This document shows positions 9,446-19,368 of a stretch of DNA of 64,000 nucleotides, piece after piece. The number at the start of each line of letters is the position of its first letter. Position 1 is the stretch's first letter. Under the pieces are notes generated by a model that worked only from the letters and a program-made list of their open reading frames with translations, searched no databases and was not told the DNA's origin. The stretch is from Polyangiaceae bacterium. Its GTDB lineage: Bacteria > Myxococcota_A > Polyangia > Polyangiales > Polyangiaceae. Made by a program: the position numbers and the translations under genes. The DNA lies in contig CBDCTZ010000016.1 in NCBI GenBank assembly GCA_965222375.1, positions 2,208,001 through 2,272,000 of the forward strand, read 5' to 3'.

Positions 9446-9931
9446 ATGAGACTGCCGCTCGAGGGGACGTTGCTAGAGAAGCTGCGCAAGATCGAGGCTT
9501 TGCACGCCGGGACGAAGGTCGCGGGGGAGCGGGAAGCAGCGCGGCGGGCGGCAGAGCGGATCCGCGGTCGACTTGCGGAGCTGAGAGGCCGTGAGCAAGA
9601 CGAGGTCTTCCGGTACTCGTTGCAGGATCCGTGGAAGCGGAAGTTGTTCTTGGCGCTGTGTCGCCGATACGGACTGAAACCATATCGAGAGCCTGGGCAG
9701 CGCTACAGTACGGTGCTGCTGAAAGCGCCGGAGACGTTCCAGAATCGGACACTGTGGCCAGAGTTCCTCGCACTGTCCGAGGAACTCGACGCGCACCTGC
9801 AAGAGCTGACGGACCGAGTGATCCGGGAGGCGATCGACGACGACGTCAGTGAGGCACCGGACGCGGAGCCCGCGGCGCTGCCCGCAGGTCAACCTGGGAG
9901 CGCTGCAGAGTCGGGCGACGGGGGCAGCTGA
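9446..9931 (+). CDS. Hypothetical passenger protein inside IS66 (DUF2786-like N-terminus)
   Basis: LEKLRKIEAL...GEREAA and WKRKLFLALCRRYGLKPYR; lies inside the IRs, convergent with tnpC. Confidence 0.8.
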   Translation: MRLPLEGTLLEKLRKIEALHAGTKVAGEREAARRAAERIRGRLAELRGREQDEVFRYSLQDPWKRKLFLALCRRYGLKPYREPGQRYSTVLLKAPETFQNRTLWPEFLALSEELDAHLQELTDRVIREAIDDDVSEAPDAEPAALPAGQPGSAAESGDGGS

Positions 9932-11405
9932 GCCGACTCGCCCACGTGGAGTTGTGGGTGAGACGTGAGCATTCGGTCGGGGAGCAGGTCGCGAAGCTTT
10001 TTCTGCGGCCAACCGTCGCCGATCAAGCGAGTCACCAGGTGAAGGTACGCGCGGGGATTGACGTCGTGAGCGATGCAGGTGGCGATGATGGTGAGGATGT
10101 TTGCAGTACGCTTGCCGCCGTCATCGAGCCAGGTAAAGAGCCAGTTTTCTCTTCCGAGAACAAGCCTGCGCAGTTCCCTCTCGCGCCTGTTGTTTGTGAG
10201 CGAGATATTGCCATCTTCGAGAAACAGGATCAGTCGTTTCCACTGGCGATGCAGGTAGCCGAGAGCGCGACCGAGAGGAGTCTTGGGCGGAACGACTTCA
10301 CGCTGCTCGTCGATCCAAGCTCGGAGTGCGTCAACAATCGGCTTACTGTGCTCGCGTCGCCGGGTGAGTCGCTGCTCGGCGGTGTCACCGGCGAGTTTCG
10401 AGTCGCGCTCGATTTTGAAGAGCGGTTTGATGAGGTGCAGTCCGGCGCGAGCAATTTCGTCACCACCGCGGGCGGCCTCGACGAGTCCCCTTCTGGCGTG
10501 CGCCATGCAACCTGGGCGCTTGCCACCGGCGCGCTCGATGCAGTTGGTGACGCTGGTGCCGTCGCACTGGACGACACGGCAGAGGTCGTCATCGAGGAAG
10601 TCGCGCACGCTCTGGGTGTCTCCCCGCGGCGAGTAGAAGAAGCTGACCCAGCACGCGTTGGTCCAGCACCACATGGTGCCCGTCCGAATGCCCTCGAGGA
10701 CACTTGGGTCGAGCACCGGGATCCCAGTTGCATCGGTGCCCAGATAACCGGGAGCGCGGGTCCGTTCGACGATGAGCTGCGCGATGGGCTCGAGCATGTC
10801 GATGTGCGCGCCCACACTGCGTCCGAGAGTCTGCGGCGTGATTTCGACACCCGCGCGGGCAAAGCGCGTGCACTGTCGCTCGATGGGCTGGTGCTCGATG
10901 TACTTGTCGCAGGTCGCCTCGACGATGAGGGAGTCGCCGAGCTTGCCCCGCTCGACGATCGCACCAGGAGGTGCCGCCGAGACGATGGTGTCGTCGCTGG
11001 GGCACGAAACCGTCTCGTCCACGCGTTGCTCGATGTACAGCCGTGCTGGGATCACGTTGATCGTCTCGCATATGGAGTGACCGACCGTCTTCATCTCGGT
11101 GCCGCACAATGGGCACACCCGTAGCTCGGGCGGTACGGGGTTGGGCACGGGGATCCGTGGAATGTGCTTGGGGAACTTCCCTCGTCCACCCCCGCCGCGG
11201 CGCCTCTTGTTCTTCGGTGAGTCGGAGTCATCCGTCTTGCGCTTCGCCTTCTTGGGAGCGACCAGGCCCTCCAGAGGCAAGACAAGCTGGCGTTCCAGGC
11301 GCTCCAGGGTCTCGGAGCGTGGACGCTTGCGAGTGAGATGTGCGACCCGGGCGACGAGCCGAGCGTTGAGGTCGCGCATGCGGCCAAGCAGCCCAAGGAC
11401 CGCGC
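9889..11405 (-). CDS. tnpC: IS66 transposase TnpC (N-terminus probably deleted)
   Basis: Zinc finger CPLCG, DATGIPV, QCDG, GCMAHARR, NNRRERELR and VNPRAYL motifs. Confidence 0.9.
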
Positions 11406-11666
11406 AGTGAAGGTGCCGTCCGGCGAGAGACTTGGGCGAAATCTCCCGCGCTCGAGACGTTTCGTCCACATGGCGATGCCGTCCCGATCCCAGTACACGA
11501 TGCGGACGCGGTCACAGCGTTTGGTGAAGAAGGTGAACAAGTGCCCGCTGAACGGATCGTAGGCGAGCACATCGCGCACCAGTACCATGAGGCTGTCCGG
11601 GCCCTTGCGCCCATCGATGGGCTGGGTGGCCACGAACAGTCGCACGCTGGGCGGCAGGCTCAGCAT
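11406..11666 (-). pseudogene. tnpB: IS66 accessory protein TnpB, C-terminally truncated
   Basis: QPIDGRKG, DPFSGHLF, RIVYWDRDG and KRLERGRF present; the usual LLEGID tail is missing and the frame runs on into tnpC DNA. Confidence 0.8.
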
Positions 11667-12004
11667 TCGAGCTGCTCCAGGGCACAGAGCAAGCGCTGCA
11701 GCGCTCGCTCGTCCAGGCTGGCCGGAAACCGCAGCACGCGCCCGGACAGAAGCACGAGCTCGAGCTGGGCCGCAGCCGCCAAACCCGAGGCAGACAACTC
11801 GACAAACTTGGCGCCCCTCTTCCCACGCGGCTTCTTCCCCTGACGCTCACGCCACCAATACAGCCGCTGAGCGTTGATCCCCTCGCGCTGGGCAAACCTG
11901 CGCACCGACAGGCCCGAGGCTTCGAGCCGGTGGAGCACTTCCAGGGCCTCTTGATCGGTCCACCGTTGACGCTTCCCACGCACCCCTCGTTTCGCTTTCG
12001 CCAT
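11660..12004 (-). CDS. tnpA: IS66 accessory protein TnpA
   Basis: SGLSVRRFAQREGI...LYWWR helix-turn-helix, FVEL, LELVL; overlaps the tnpB start. Confidence 0.9.
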   Translation of the reverse strand: MAKAKRGVRGKRQRWTDQEALEVLHRLEASGLSVRRFAQREGINAQRLYWWRERQGKKPRGKRGAKFVELSASGLAAAAQLELVLLSGRVLRFPASLDERALQRLLCALEQLEC

Positions 12005-12066
12005 GCACGCTCTCCTGCCATCCGGCAGGCACTACCGTCCAGGCGTCCTACGTGGAGGGGTTACTC

Positions 12067-12192
12067 TTCAGCTGCTTGGCTCTAGGGTGCGTGTTCCTGT
12101 TTTGGAGCAACCGCCAGCTCCGTCAGGGTACGCTCTACGGTTTTATCGCTTCCGTGGCCGTGGGAACGCTCTACCAATTCATGCTGCTGTGA
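12067..12192 (+). pseudogene. Possible C-terminal fragment of a membrane protein cut by IS66
   Basis: Frame FSCLALGCVFLFWSNRQLRQGTLYGFIASVAVGTLYQFMLL* begins at the IS end with no start codon. Confidence 0.4.
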
Positions 12193-12319
12193 GCCGCGTC
12201 CCGCCAGATCGGCGCAGCCTGCCTCCTCCTGCTCAATGTCAACAGTGATAACATTGGCTGCCTGGGCGCGATTGCGGGGTTTTTGAGCGAACGGCTGCCC
12301 TCGTGCTAACCCACCGGGG

Positions 12320-14593
12320 ATGGGACGGGTTTCGCTGGTCGCCCTCGGGCCTCTTCTGCTGCTCGCGTGTACGCGCACTCAGCCGGGCTCGGCCGCCGAA
12401 CCCGATGGCGCGCCGGGTCTGACTCGAGCCATACCCAGCGCGAAGCGTGCGGCCACTCAAGCCAGCGGGGTGCTCGATGACAAGAAGCCCTTGGGGGATT
12501 GGGTCCAGCTCGTGCGCATGCACAAGTATGCTGACGCCGCCAAGAGCATCGATGCGCTTTCGAAGAAAGAAAGGGCGCGCCCTGAAGTGCGTTACGTGCG
12601 CGCCGTGGTTGCTGCCAAGCTCGGCAAGCACGCTCGCGCCGTCACGGAGCTCGATGGGGTCAAGCTGCCCCTGCTCGCAGCGGACATCGAAGAGCTGCGC
12701 GCAGCAAGCGCGCTAGAAGCGGGCCCCTTCGAGTTGGCGGCGGTGCACTACGGTCAGCGCCCGGATGCCGCGTCGCTGACCAAGAGTGCCACCGGCTTCG
12801 AGCGCGCCAAGCAATTGGGCAAGGCCCGTATCGCGGCGGATCGCGCGGTGCGCGCTGCGACGCGCAAGAAGAAGAAGAAGCGCAAGTCGGCCGAAGCTGA
12901 AGCCCGTGCCGTGCGCGCACGGATCGCCGAAGCCAAGGGGGACACCAGCACCGCTGTCGCGGATTTGCGCTGGCTCGCTGTGCACGCGCCCACCAGTTCC
13001 GCTGCTGACGGTGTAGACGCCAAGCTCGCGAAACTCGCGCCACCCAGAGCGCTGAGCAAGAAGGAGCGCTACGCCCGCGCATTGGCGCTGGCGTCCATTG
13101 GCGCCGTCGACAAGGTGGATCGAGAACTATCCGCCCTGGAACGTGCTCCCGGTAACAAGCCGAAATCCGCCAACGTCCTGCACGCCCGAGGCTGGGCCCT
13201 GTACATCGCGCGTCGCGACTACGCGAAGGCTGCGGAAATCCTGGAGCAAGCCAGCAAACAGGGCGGAAAGTTCGCCGTCAAAGACCTGTTCTACGCGGCG
13301 CGCTCGCGCTCACGGGCGCATCAGGATGACAAGGCCATCGTCATGTACGAACGCTTGGCCAGGCGCTTTCCGCGCTCTGGCTATGCCGAGCAGGCGCGCT
13401 ACCTGGCCGCCCGCTTGCGCTACATCGGTGGCAAGTGGGGCGAAGCGGCCAATGCCTACGGTCGCTACTTGAAGCGCCACAAGAAGCGTGGGCGCTTCGT
13501 GAAGAGTGCGACCTACGAGCGCGCGGTTTCTTGGCTGGCCGCGGGTCGGAACGCCCGGGCGGCGGGGGCGTTCAAGGCCATGGCCGACGCGACGGATCAT
13601 CCGCGCAAAAGTGCGCGCTACGGCGAGCTGCGCGCCGTGGCCTTGGCGGCTTCGGGCAAGAAGAAGGTCGCGAGTGCGGCCTTCCGAGAAGTGGTCCGAG
13701 ACTTCCCGCTCTCGTTTCCTGCGCTGGCGGCAACTGCGAGGCTGCAGCAGATGGGCGAATCCTTGCCGGTTCCCATCGAGCCCGCGGCGGCTGCCAAAGC
13801 TGCCGTGCCAATCCAGGTGAAGCTGCCCGACAAGGTGCGGCTGCTCGTTCGAGTGGGGCTCGATACCGAAGCCGAGCGCAGTTTGAGGCGGCACGAAGAC
13901 CGCATTCGACGCCAGCATGCGCCACGCGGTGACGAGGCCCTGTGCCGTGCCTACGGAACCCTCTCCAGCGCGAGCCGGCGTTACCGCGTCGGGCAACGGG
14001 CCGCGCAATGGAGCGCACTGAAGCGAGCTCCGGATGGCAACAATCGCTGGCTGTGGGACTGCATTTATCCGCGCCCCTATCAGACTCTGGTGCGAGACGC
14101 CGAGAAGAGCTTTCGGCTGCCTCCAGATTTCATCTACGCCATCATGCGCCAGGAGAGTGCGTTTGCGCCGGGTGTGGTGTCGCCGGCCCGGGCCGTGGGG
14201 CTGATGCAGTTGATCCCGCCGACCGCGCGCAGCGTCGCCAAAGAGCTGGAGATGCCCTACGACCCGCTCGCGTTATACAGCCCGCCCGTGAACATCAAGA
14301 TGGGCGCGTACTACTTGTCCAAGGTACTCGGCACTTTCGGAGGCAACGTGGCCCTGGCTGCGGCGGCTTACAATGCCGGGCCCAACGCAGTCTCGCGCTG
14401 GCTGGAATCTGGCGAAGCGCTGCCTTTGGATATCTGGGTCGCGCGGATCCCCTACTCGGAGACCCGCGGTTACGTAACCCGCGTGGTCGGCAACATCGCG
14501 CGCTACGCCTACCTGACCGGTGGTGAGAGTCAGATCCCGAAGCTCGATCTGGCGCTTCCCAAGGGATTGCGCGCGCCCGACGACGCCTACTGA
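12320..14593 (+). CDS. slt: Lytic transglycosylase (SLT domain) lipoprotein with TPR-like repeats
   Basis: Lipobox LLAC; IMRQES, AVGLMQL, AAYNAG and ETRGYV motifs. Confidence 0.93.
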   Translation: MGRVSLVALGPLLLLACTRTQPGSAAEPDGAPGLTRAIPSAKRAATQASGVLDDKKPLGDWVQLVRMHKYADAAKSIDALSKKERARPEVRYVRAVVAAKLGKHARAVTELDGVKLPLLAADIEELRAASALEAGPFELAAVHYGQRPDAASLTKSATGFERAKQLGKARIAADRAVRAATRKKKKKRKSAEAEARAVRARIAEAKGDTSTAVADLRWLAVHAPTSSAADGVDAKLAKLAPPRALSKKERYARALALASIGAVDKVDRELSALERAPGNKPKSANVLHARGWALYIARRDYAKAAEILEQASKQGGKFAVKDLFYAARSRSRAHQDDKAIVMYERLARRFPRSGYAEQARYLAARLRYIGGKWGEAANAYGRYLKRHKKRGRFVKSATYERAVSWLAAGRNARAAGAFKAMADATDHPRKSARYGELRAVALAASGKKKVASAAFREVVRDFPLSFPALAATARLQQMGESLPVPIEPAAAAKAAVPIQVKLPDKVRLLVRVGLDTEAERSLRRHEDRIRRQHAPRGDEALCRAYGTLSSASRRYRVGQRAAQWSALKRAPDGNNRWLWDCIYPRPYQTLVRDAEKSFRLPPDFIYAIMRQESAFAPGVVSPARAVGLMQLIPPTARSVAKELEMPYDPLALYSPPVNIKMGAYYLSKVLGTFGGNVALAAAAYNAGPNAVSRWLESGEALPLDIWVARIPYSETRGYVTRVVGNIARYAYLTGGESQIPKLDLALPKGLRAPDDAY

Positions 14594-14764
14594 GCGAGCG
14601 CCCTTTGCGGCGGATGGAAACGTGCGGACGAGCACGAGCACCGAGTCCCGAGCCGTCAATCGTCAAACAGTGCAAATCCTGCTGAAAACGGACCCAATCT
14701 GAACATTCGCTACCCATGTAGGTTCATGTAGGTTACACTCGGACTGCAATCAGGTCAGACCCCC

Positions 14765-15184
14765 ATGAAGCCCCCACGCCCCTCCAAAAGCCGCCGAGGT
14801 ACTCTGTACAGCCTGAGCGAGACCGCCCTGCTCAGTAAGAAGCGCTCACCGGATGAGCGTCGTGTGTTCGAGCGCCACGAGGTCGGCTTCCCGGTTCGGC
14901 TGGAAAACCAAGACGGCGACTTCTTGGGCGTGTGCACCAACTACTCCCGCCGGGGGCTGCTGTTCCTAGCGCCTCACCGAATGCACCTCGGCTCTCGCAT
15001 CCAAGTGGAGCTGCCCCTCGGGGGCACTGGCTCGGCATCGATCTGGCTCGAGGTCCTGCTCATGCGTATCAAGTGCGATCCAACGCATCCGCTGTTCAAG
15101 TTCCCCACGGCAGCGATGATCAAGTCGCACATGCCGGCCCTGGTGCATGAGGCGGTGCTGCGCGCGCATCGCCGCGCGGCTTGA
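14765..15184 (+). CDS. PilZ-domain protein
   Basis: ERRVFER (RxxxR) and NYSRRG (D/NxSxxG). Confidence 0.75.
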   Translation: MKPPRPSKSRRGTLYSLSETALLSKKRSPDERRVFERHEVGFPVRLENQDGDFLGVCTNYSRRGLLFLAPHRMHLGSRIQVELPLGGTGSASIWLEVLLMRIKCDPTHPLFKFPTAAMIKSHMPALVHEAVLRAHRRAA

Positions 15185-15286
15185 ACCGCAAGACGATTCC
15201 CGGGCGCTGAGACGCCGTTGCAGAGCCGTCCCAATTCCGCCCAGGGGTGTGTTTGGGAAGATCGAGCGCCGCGCGCACCGCACAAA

Positions 15287-16522
15287 CTAGTACACGCCCA
15301 CGCCGGTGCTGCGAGGTAGCCGAAGCGCGTCGCCCATGGGGCGCCTGCCGTCGGTCGCCCAATGCGCCGCGAAGGCATCCCGCAGCACGAGTTCGGCCAG
15401 CTTGCCGCGCGGCGAAAAGCCCCACTCCTGCTCCTGTGAGACATCGTTGGGATCCGAGTAGACCCGCCAAACGAAGAAACCCACGAAGGCCGGTTCGGTC
15501 ATCAACGGTGCTAGCAGCGCCGCGTAGGCCTCGGCCTGCGCCCGCTGGTCCACGACCACATCCTGCATGTAGTCAGGCCATTCCCAGGGCTTCACGGCGG
15601 GATCTTTGCGGGTGGTGTAGCCAAACTCGGTGAACATCACCGGCTTGTTCCAGCTGCTAGCGAGCTTGCGCACTCGCTTGGCGATGTCTTGGCCGCCCTT
15701 CAGCAGCGTCGCGAAGTCCGCCCCGTCTTTATCGGCCAGGGGATAGAAGGCGTTGATCCCGATCACATCGAGCTGCCCTAGAATGACGGTGTTTTCCACG
15801 TCGTCCCAGTTGGCTGCATAGGTCAGCAGGCCCGGGTACACCTTGCGCACGCGCTCGATCATCGCCGCAAAGCTCGGTGCGCGCGTGGTGGTGACCCAGC
15901 TGCGCAGCTCGACTCCGACGGACAGCATTTCCGCGTTGGTCTCCGTCGCCAGCTCCGCCCAGGTGAGTAAGAAGCGCTCGTAGCTCGCAGCCCACCGCGC
16001 CCAGGCCGCGTCGTCCCCGGGGTCGATCAAGGCGCGCCACTGCCCGCTTTCCACCCACAAGTGCGGGACCAAGAAGACGCGCAGCCCAGCGGCGTGGGCC
16101 TGGCGGATCGCTCGCCCGACGGCTTCACGATTTTCCTCGAAAGGAGTCTCGAAAGTCAGCGATACGCCGCTCGGTTTCAGATCGTAGGTGCGCCCGAAGG
16201 GCGTCAAGCTGACCCAGGTTCCGCCCATGCGTTTGATCTCGGCGAAGGTTTCGGCGCAGGCCTCGCTGCCATAGCCAACGCCCGGGTGCAAAGCGTTTTC
16301 GATGGGGCCTACGGTGACGCCGCGGATCCCACGAAACGAGCCCTCGCGCCAACCCGTGGCTCGAGGGGGAACACGCTGCGGCGTTGGGCGCGCCCGATTG
16401 AGCAGGCTGGCGAAGGGTTGAACTTCCGGCGCTGCCTGGCTGCGTGCGTCGGAGCACAACAATGCGAGCCCAAGGGCGGTCAAAGCCGGGGCGGAGCGAT
16501 GCACGGCCCGGCGCGGGTTCAT
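15287..16522 (-). CDS. Secreted glycoside hydrolase, GH113-like TIM barrel
   Basis: Signal peptide; VGVEL, YAANWD, GINAFYPL and FTEFGY. Confidence 0.85.
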   Translation of the reverse strand: MNPRRAVHRSAPALTALGLALLCSDARSQAAPEVQPFASLLNRARPTPQRVPPRATGWREGSFRGIRGVTVGPIENALHPGVGYGSEACAETFAEIKRMGGTWVSLTPFGRTYDLKPSGVSLTFETPFEENREAVGRAIRQAHAAGLRVFLVPHLWVESGQWRALIDPGDDAAWARWAASYERFLLTWAELATETNAEMLSVGVELRSWVTTTRAPSFAAMIERVRKVYPGLLTYAANWDDVENTVILGQLDVIGINAFYPLADKDGADFATLLKGGQDIAKRVRKLASSWNKPVMFTEFGYTTRKDPAVKPWEWPDYMQDVVVDQRAQAEAYAALLAPLMTEPAFVGFFVWRVYSDPNDVSQEQEWGFSPRGKLAELVLRDAFAAHWATDGRRPMGDALRLPRSTGVGVY

Positions 16523-17193
16523 GTCTTCGTTCCTCGTGCGAAGGTTGCGCTGAAGTCATCGTCGCAAAGCTCGGTGAGGGTGTTGCGTACGAGGCACGCC
16601 CCGGCGTCCAGGAGCTCTTGCCGCTCTGCACTATGCAGCACCGCAATGCAGGGCAAACCTGCGGCCCGAGCGGCTTGCACGCCTGCGACGGAGTCTTCCA
16701 GCACCACGGCCCTGGGATGCCCCAGCCGTTCAATCGCCAGCAGGTAGCCCTCGGGATCCGGCTTCGAACGTTGCGTATCCTCGGCGCTGATGACGAAGGC
16801 GACGCAATCTGTCACCCCCAGCCGCTCTAGACCGAACTGGATTTCGTCGCCGAGGGCGCCGGAAACGACGCCGACAGTGCCGAGGCGTGCTCGACGACGC
16901 ACCAGCTCGCGCGCTCCCTCGAAGAGGCTCAGGCTTTCTTGAGCCCGTCGCAGATACAGGGGGCGCTTGGCCTGCACCAACTCATCCACCCGCTCCCTCG
17001 GAGCTGGCTGGCCCGCGTCTGCCAGCATCGCTTCGAATGCGCCCACGTCATCGAAACCGATGTAGCGCCCGAAATAGTCCGCGTCGCTGACGGAGATTTG
17101 GAGTGGCTGGAGCGCCTCGCGAAAGGCCTCTAGATGCACGGCTTCGTCATCGACTAGGACGCCGTTGAAGTCGAAGATTGTTGCAAAAGACAC
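16519..17193 (-). CDS. HAD-family hydrolase
   Basis: FDFNGVLVD, KPDPEGY and EDSVAG; start uncertain. Confidence 0.9.
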   Translation of the reverse strand: MSFATIFDFNGVLVDDEAVHLEAFREALQPLQISVSDADYFGRYIGFDDVGAFEAMLADAGQPAPRERVDELVQAKRPLYLRRAQESLSLFEGARELVRRRARLGTVGVVSGALGDEIQFGLERLGVTDCVAFVISAEDTQRSKPDPEGYLLAIERLGHPRAVVLEDSVAGVQAARAAGLPCIAVLHSAERQELLDAGACLVRNTLTELCDDDFSATFARGTKT

Positions 17194-17308
17194 GGCAAAA
17201 TTCGGGGTCAGGGTACCGCCCAGGAGACGAGCTTGCACCCGGCGCCGGCTTGTGTCAGCTTCCGCTCGCTTTATACCTTAGCTGCCCAAAAGGCAGACGG
17301 TTCGCACG

Positions 17309-17530
17309 ATGAGTAAAGGTGATCTTCTAGAGATGGAGGGCGTCATTCAAGACGCTCTTGGCGGGGGGCAATACACGATCCGAGTCGACCAAGGTGGTGC
17401 TGTCGTGCGCGCGCAGCTCTCTGGGCGGATGCGTCGTCATCACATCCGCGTTCTTCCTGGAGATCGCGTTCGGGTAGCGGTTTCCCCCTACGATCTGACC
17501 CACGGCCTGATCGTCTACCGCGGCAAATAA
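17309..17530 (+). CDS. infA: Translation initiation factor IF-1
   Basis: SGRMRRHHIRVLPGDRV...SPYDLTHGLIVYR. Confidence 0.95.
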   Translation: MSKGDLLEMEGVIQDALGGGQYTIRVDQGGAVVRAQLSGRMRRHHIRVLPGDRVRVAVSPYDLTHGLIVYRGK

Positions 17531-17550
17531 TCCGCCCCCAGGCGGGTCCC

Positions 17551-18588
17551 GTGAACAGCAGCCTGCGCCGGGTCCTACCCATCGCTGCTGCAGCCACCTT
17601 CGGTGGCCTGGTGGCCCTGGCCGTGATGCGGCTGATCGCCCCGGATGCGCCCCCACCCGCTGCGAGCGCGGCCCCCCTCGAGTCAACGCCGCTGCCCGCG
17701 CCGTCCGTGCCAGCTTCGCCTGGTGCACTGGTGCGTGGTCCGCCCCAGCTGTTGTACCTGCCTGATGGCGGGGATCTGGGCCCGGGCGCCGCCCACCCCG
17801 GACAGCGCGTGTTCCCGGGCCCCTGGAAGCCTGCCGCTTCCGCCTGCCCAGAAGGCATGGTGCAGGTTTCGTCGGCGTTGTGCATCGACCGCTACGAATC
17901 CAGCTTGGTGGACGCCGAGCAGGGCCGCAGGATTTCCCCCTACTACCACCCGAGGCGGGGCATCGCACAGCGCACCTATGGCCGCTGGCGCAAAGCCCGA
18001 GCCCGGGGCGAGACCGCTCTGGCTCGCAGCACGCCGGTGCCCGCACCACCCAGCTGGCAGCTACGCGAGGACTTCGAACCGCGCGCGGTCTCCAAAGCAG
18101 GCGAGGTTCCCAATGGCTACCTTTCCCGGGGCCTAGCTGAGCGGGCGTGCAAGAACGCAGGCAAGCGCTTGTGCACCAGGGACGAGTGGGTGCGCGCGTG
18201 TCGTGGCGCACAGGCTCAGCAGTTTCCCTACGGCGACAAGTACCAGCACAGGCGCTGCAACGTGTTCCGAGAATCCCATCCCGCGGCTGTGCTGCACGGC
18301 AACGCGTCCATCAACCACACCGACCCGCGGCTGAACCAAGTTGCTCCCGGCGGCAAGCCGCTACTGCGCAAGACTGGCGGGACCCCGGAGTGTGCCAGCC
18401 GATGGGGAGGCGACGTGATTTTCGACATGGTCGGTAACCTGGACGAGTGGATCGCCGACCCTGACGGCGTCTTCGTCGGAGGCTTCTTTTCCCGCAGTAC
18501 TCGCGCAGGCTGTGACGCAAAGGTATCCAGTCATGGCCCCACCTACTTCGACTATAGTCTCGGTACCCGCTGCTGTAGGACGCTCTGA
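17551..18588 (+). CDS. FGE-sulfatase (SUMF1-like) domain membrane-anchored protein
   Basis: CPEGMV, IDRYE, GKRLCTRDEW, FPYG, DMVGNLDEW, GTRCC. Confidence 0.9.
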   Translation: MNSSLRRVLPIAAAATFGGLVALAVMRLIAPDAPPPAASAAPLESTPLPAPSVPASPGALVRGPPQLLYLPDGGDLGPGAAHPGQRVFPGPWKPAASACPEGMVQVSSALCIDRYESSLVDAEQGRRISPYYHPRRGIAQRTYGRWRKARARGETALARSTPVPAPPSWQLREDFEPRAVSKAGEVPNGYLSRGLAERACKNAGKRLCTRDEWVRACRGAQAQQFPYGDKYQHRRCNVFRESHPAAVLHGNASINHTDPRLNQVAPGGKPLLRKTGGTPECASRWGGDVIFDMVGNLDEWIADPDGVFVGGFFSRSTRAGCDAKVSSHGPTYFDYSLGTRCCRTL

Positions 18589-18591
18589 GTC

Positions 18592-19242
18592 GTGTCGTCG
18601 TCTCCTCTCACCCTGGCCAGCCTGCGCAACGTCGTTGACGGTGTATGGCAAGAAGTGGCCCATTGGTTGATGCAAAAGCCTCGGATCTTTTCCTTGGCTC
18701 ATCCCGAGCAGCAAATCTTGTTCGAATATGCGTCCCGCCTTCGCGAAGCACTGCGGGCGACTGCTGGGCAGCCCCGCTGGGATCGCATGTACTTCGACGC
18801 GTCCACCGTGAGCCTCGGCTCGGGCGCCGTCTCTCATGTGATCGGGCGCCGGCCGCCGCTCTACATCGATACCCGGCGCCTATTCGGGATTTCGGACCAC
18901 GAACCACGCTCAGCGGAATTCGCGGATTTGGCGGTCTCCATTCAGGTGCTCCGGGCAGCCCCCGCGCAGCTCGCCCTGGACGAGGATGGGCGTCCCCAGA
19001 GTCAGCGTTGGATGCCCGTGAGCCTGCGGGTACAGGACTTCCTGCTCCAGGAGCACGTCACCGAATTGGAGCGGATCACGAGTGCCCCCTGCGATGGCAC
19101 GCTGATCGTGGTTTACAGCAACGAATCTGGTCGCCGCACGGGAGTCGACGTCCGGGAAATCGCGTCCTGGGCTTCTTGGCACCAGCCCGCGCCGACATTC
19201 TGGTGGGCGAGCCGGCACTTCCGAGCTCGGAATTCGAAGTAG
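18592..19242 (+). CDS. Hypothetical protein
   Basis: 216-aa ORF 3 nt after the upstream stop; protein-like composition. Confidence 0.55.
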   Translation: MSSSPLTLASLRNVVDGVWQEVAHWLMQKPRIFSLAHPEQQILFEYASRLREALRATAGQPRWDRMYFDASTVSLGSGAVSHVIGRRPPLYIDTRRLFGISDHEPRSAEFADLAVSIQVLRAAPAQLALDEDGRPQSQRWMPVSLRVQDFLLQEHVTELERITSAPCDGTLIVVYSNESGRRTGVDVREIASWASWHQPAPTFWWASRHFRARNSK

Positions 19243-19368
19243 AAGCAGTTGATGGCTCGGATGCGCTGCACCAAGCCGCTCGGTGGGGGCTTCACCAGCT
19301 CGAGTCCAGAGTTGCACGGGCAACACTGAATCGAGGGTTGGGAACGGCCTAGAGGATACGGGGACCGT

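Larger units (their letters stand above)
9350..12064 (-). mobile_element. IS66-family element (2715 bp) with a passenger gene
   Basis: Terminal IRs gtaacccctccacg (9350-9363) and cgtggaggggttac (12051-12064), GTAA ends, tnpA-tnpB-tnpC order; no 8-bp target duplication. Confidence 0.93.

Noticed and set aside
9946..11124. Long antisense ORFs (also 49888-51153, 57854-59146, 62659-63693 and others)
   Set aside because: Shadow frames of well-supported opposite-strand genes, as expected in GC-rich DNA.
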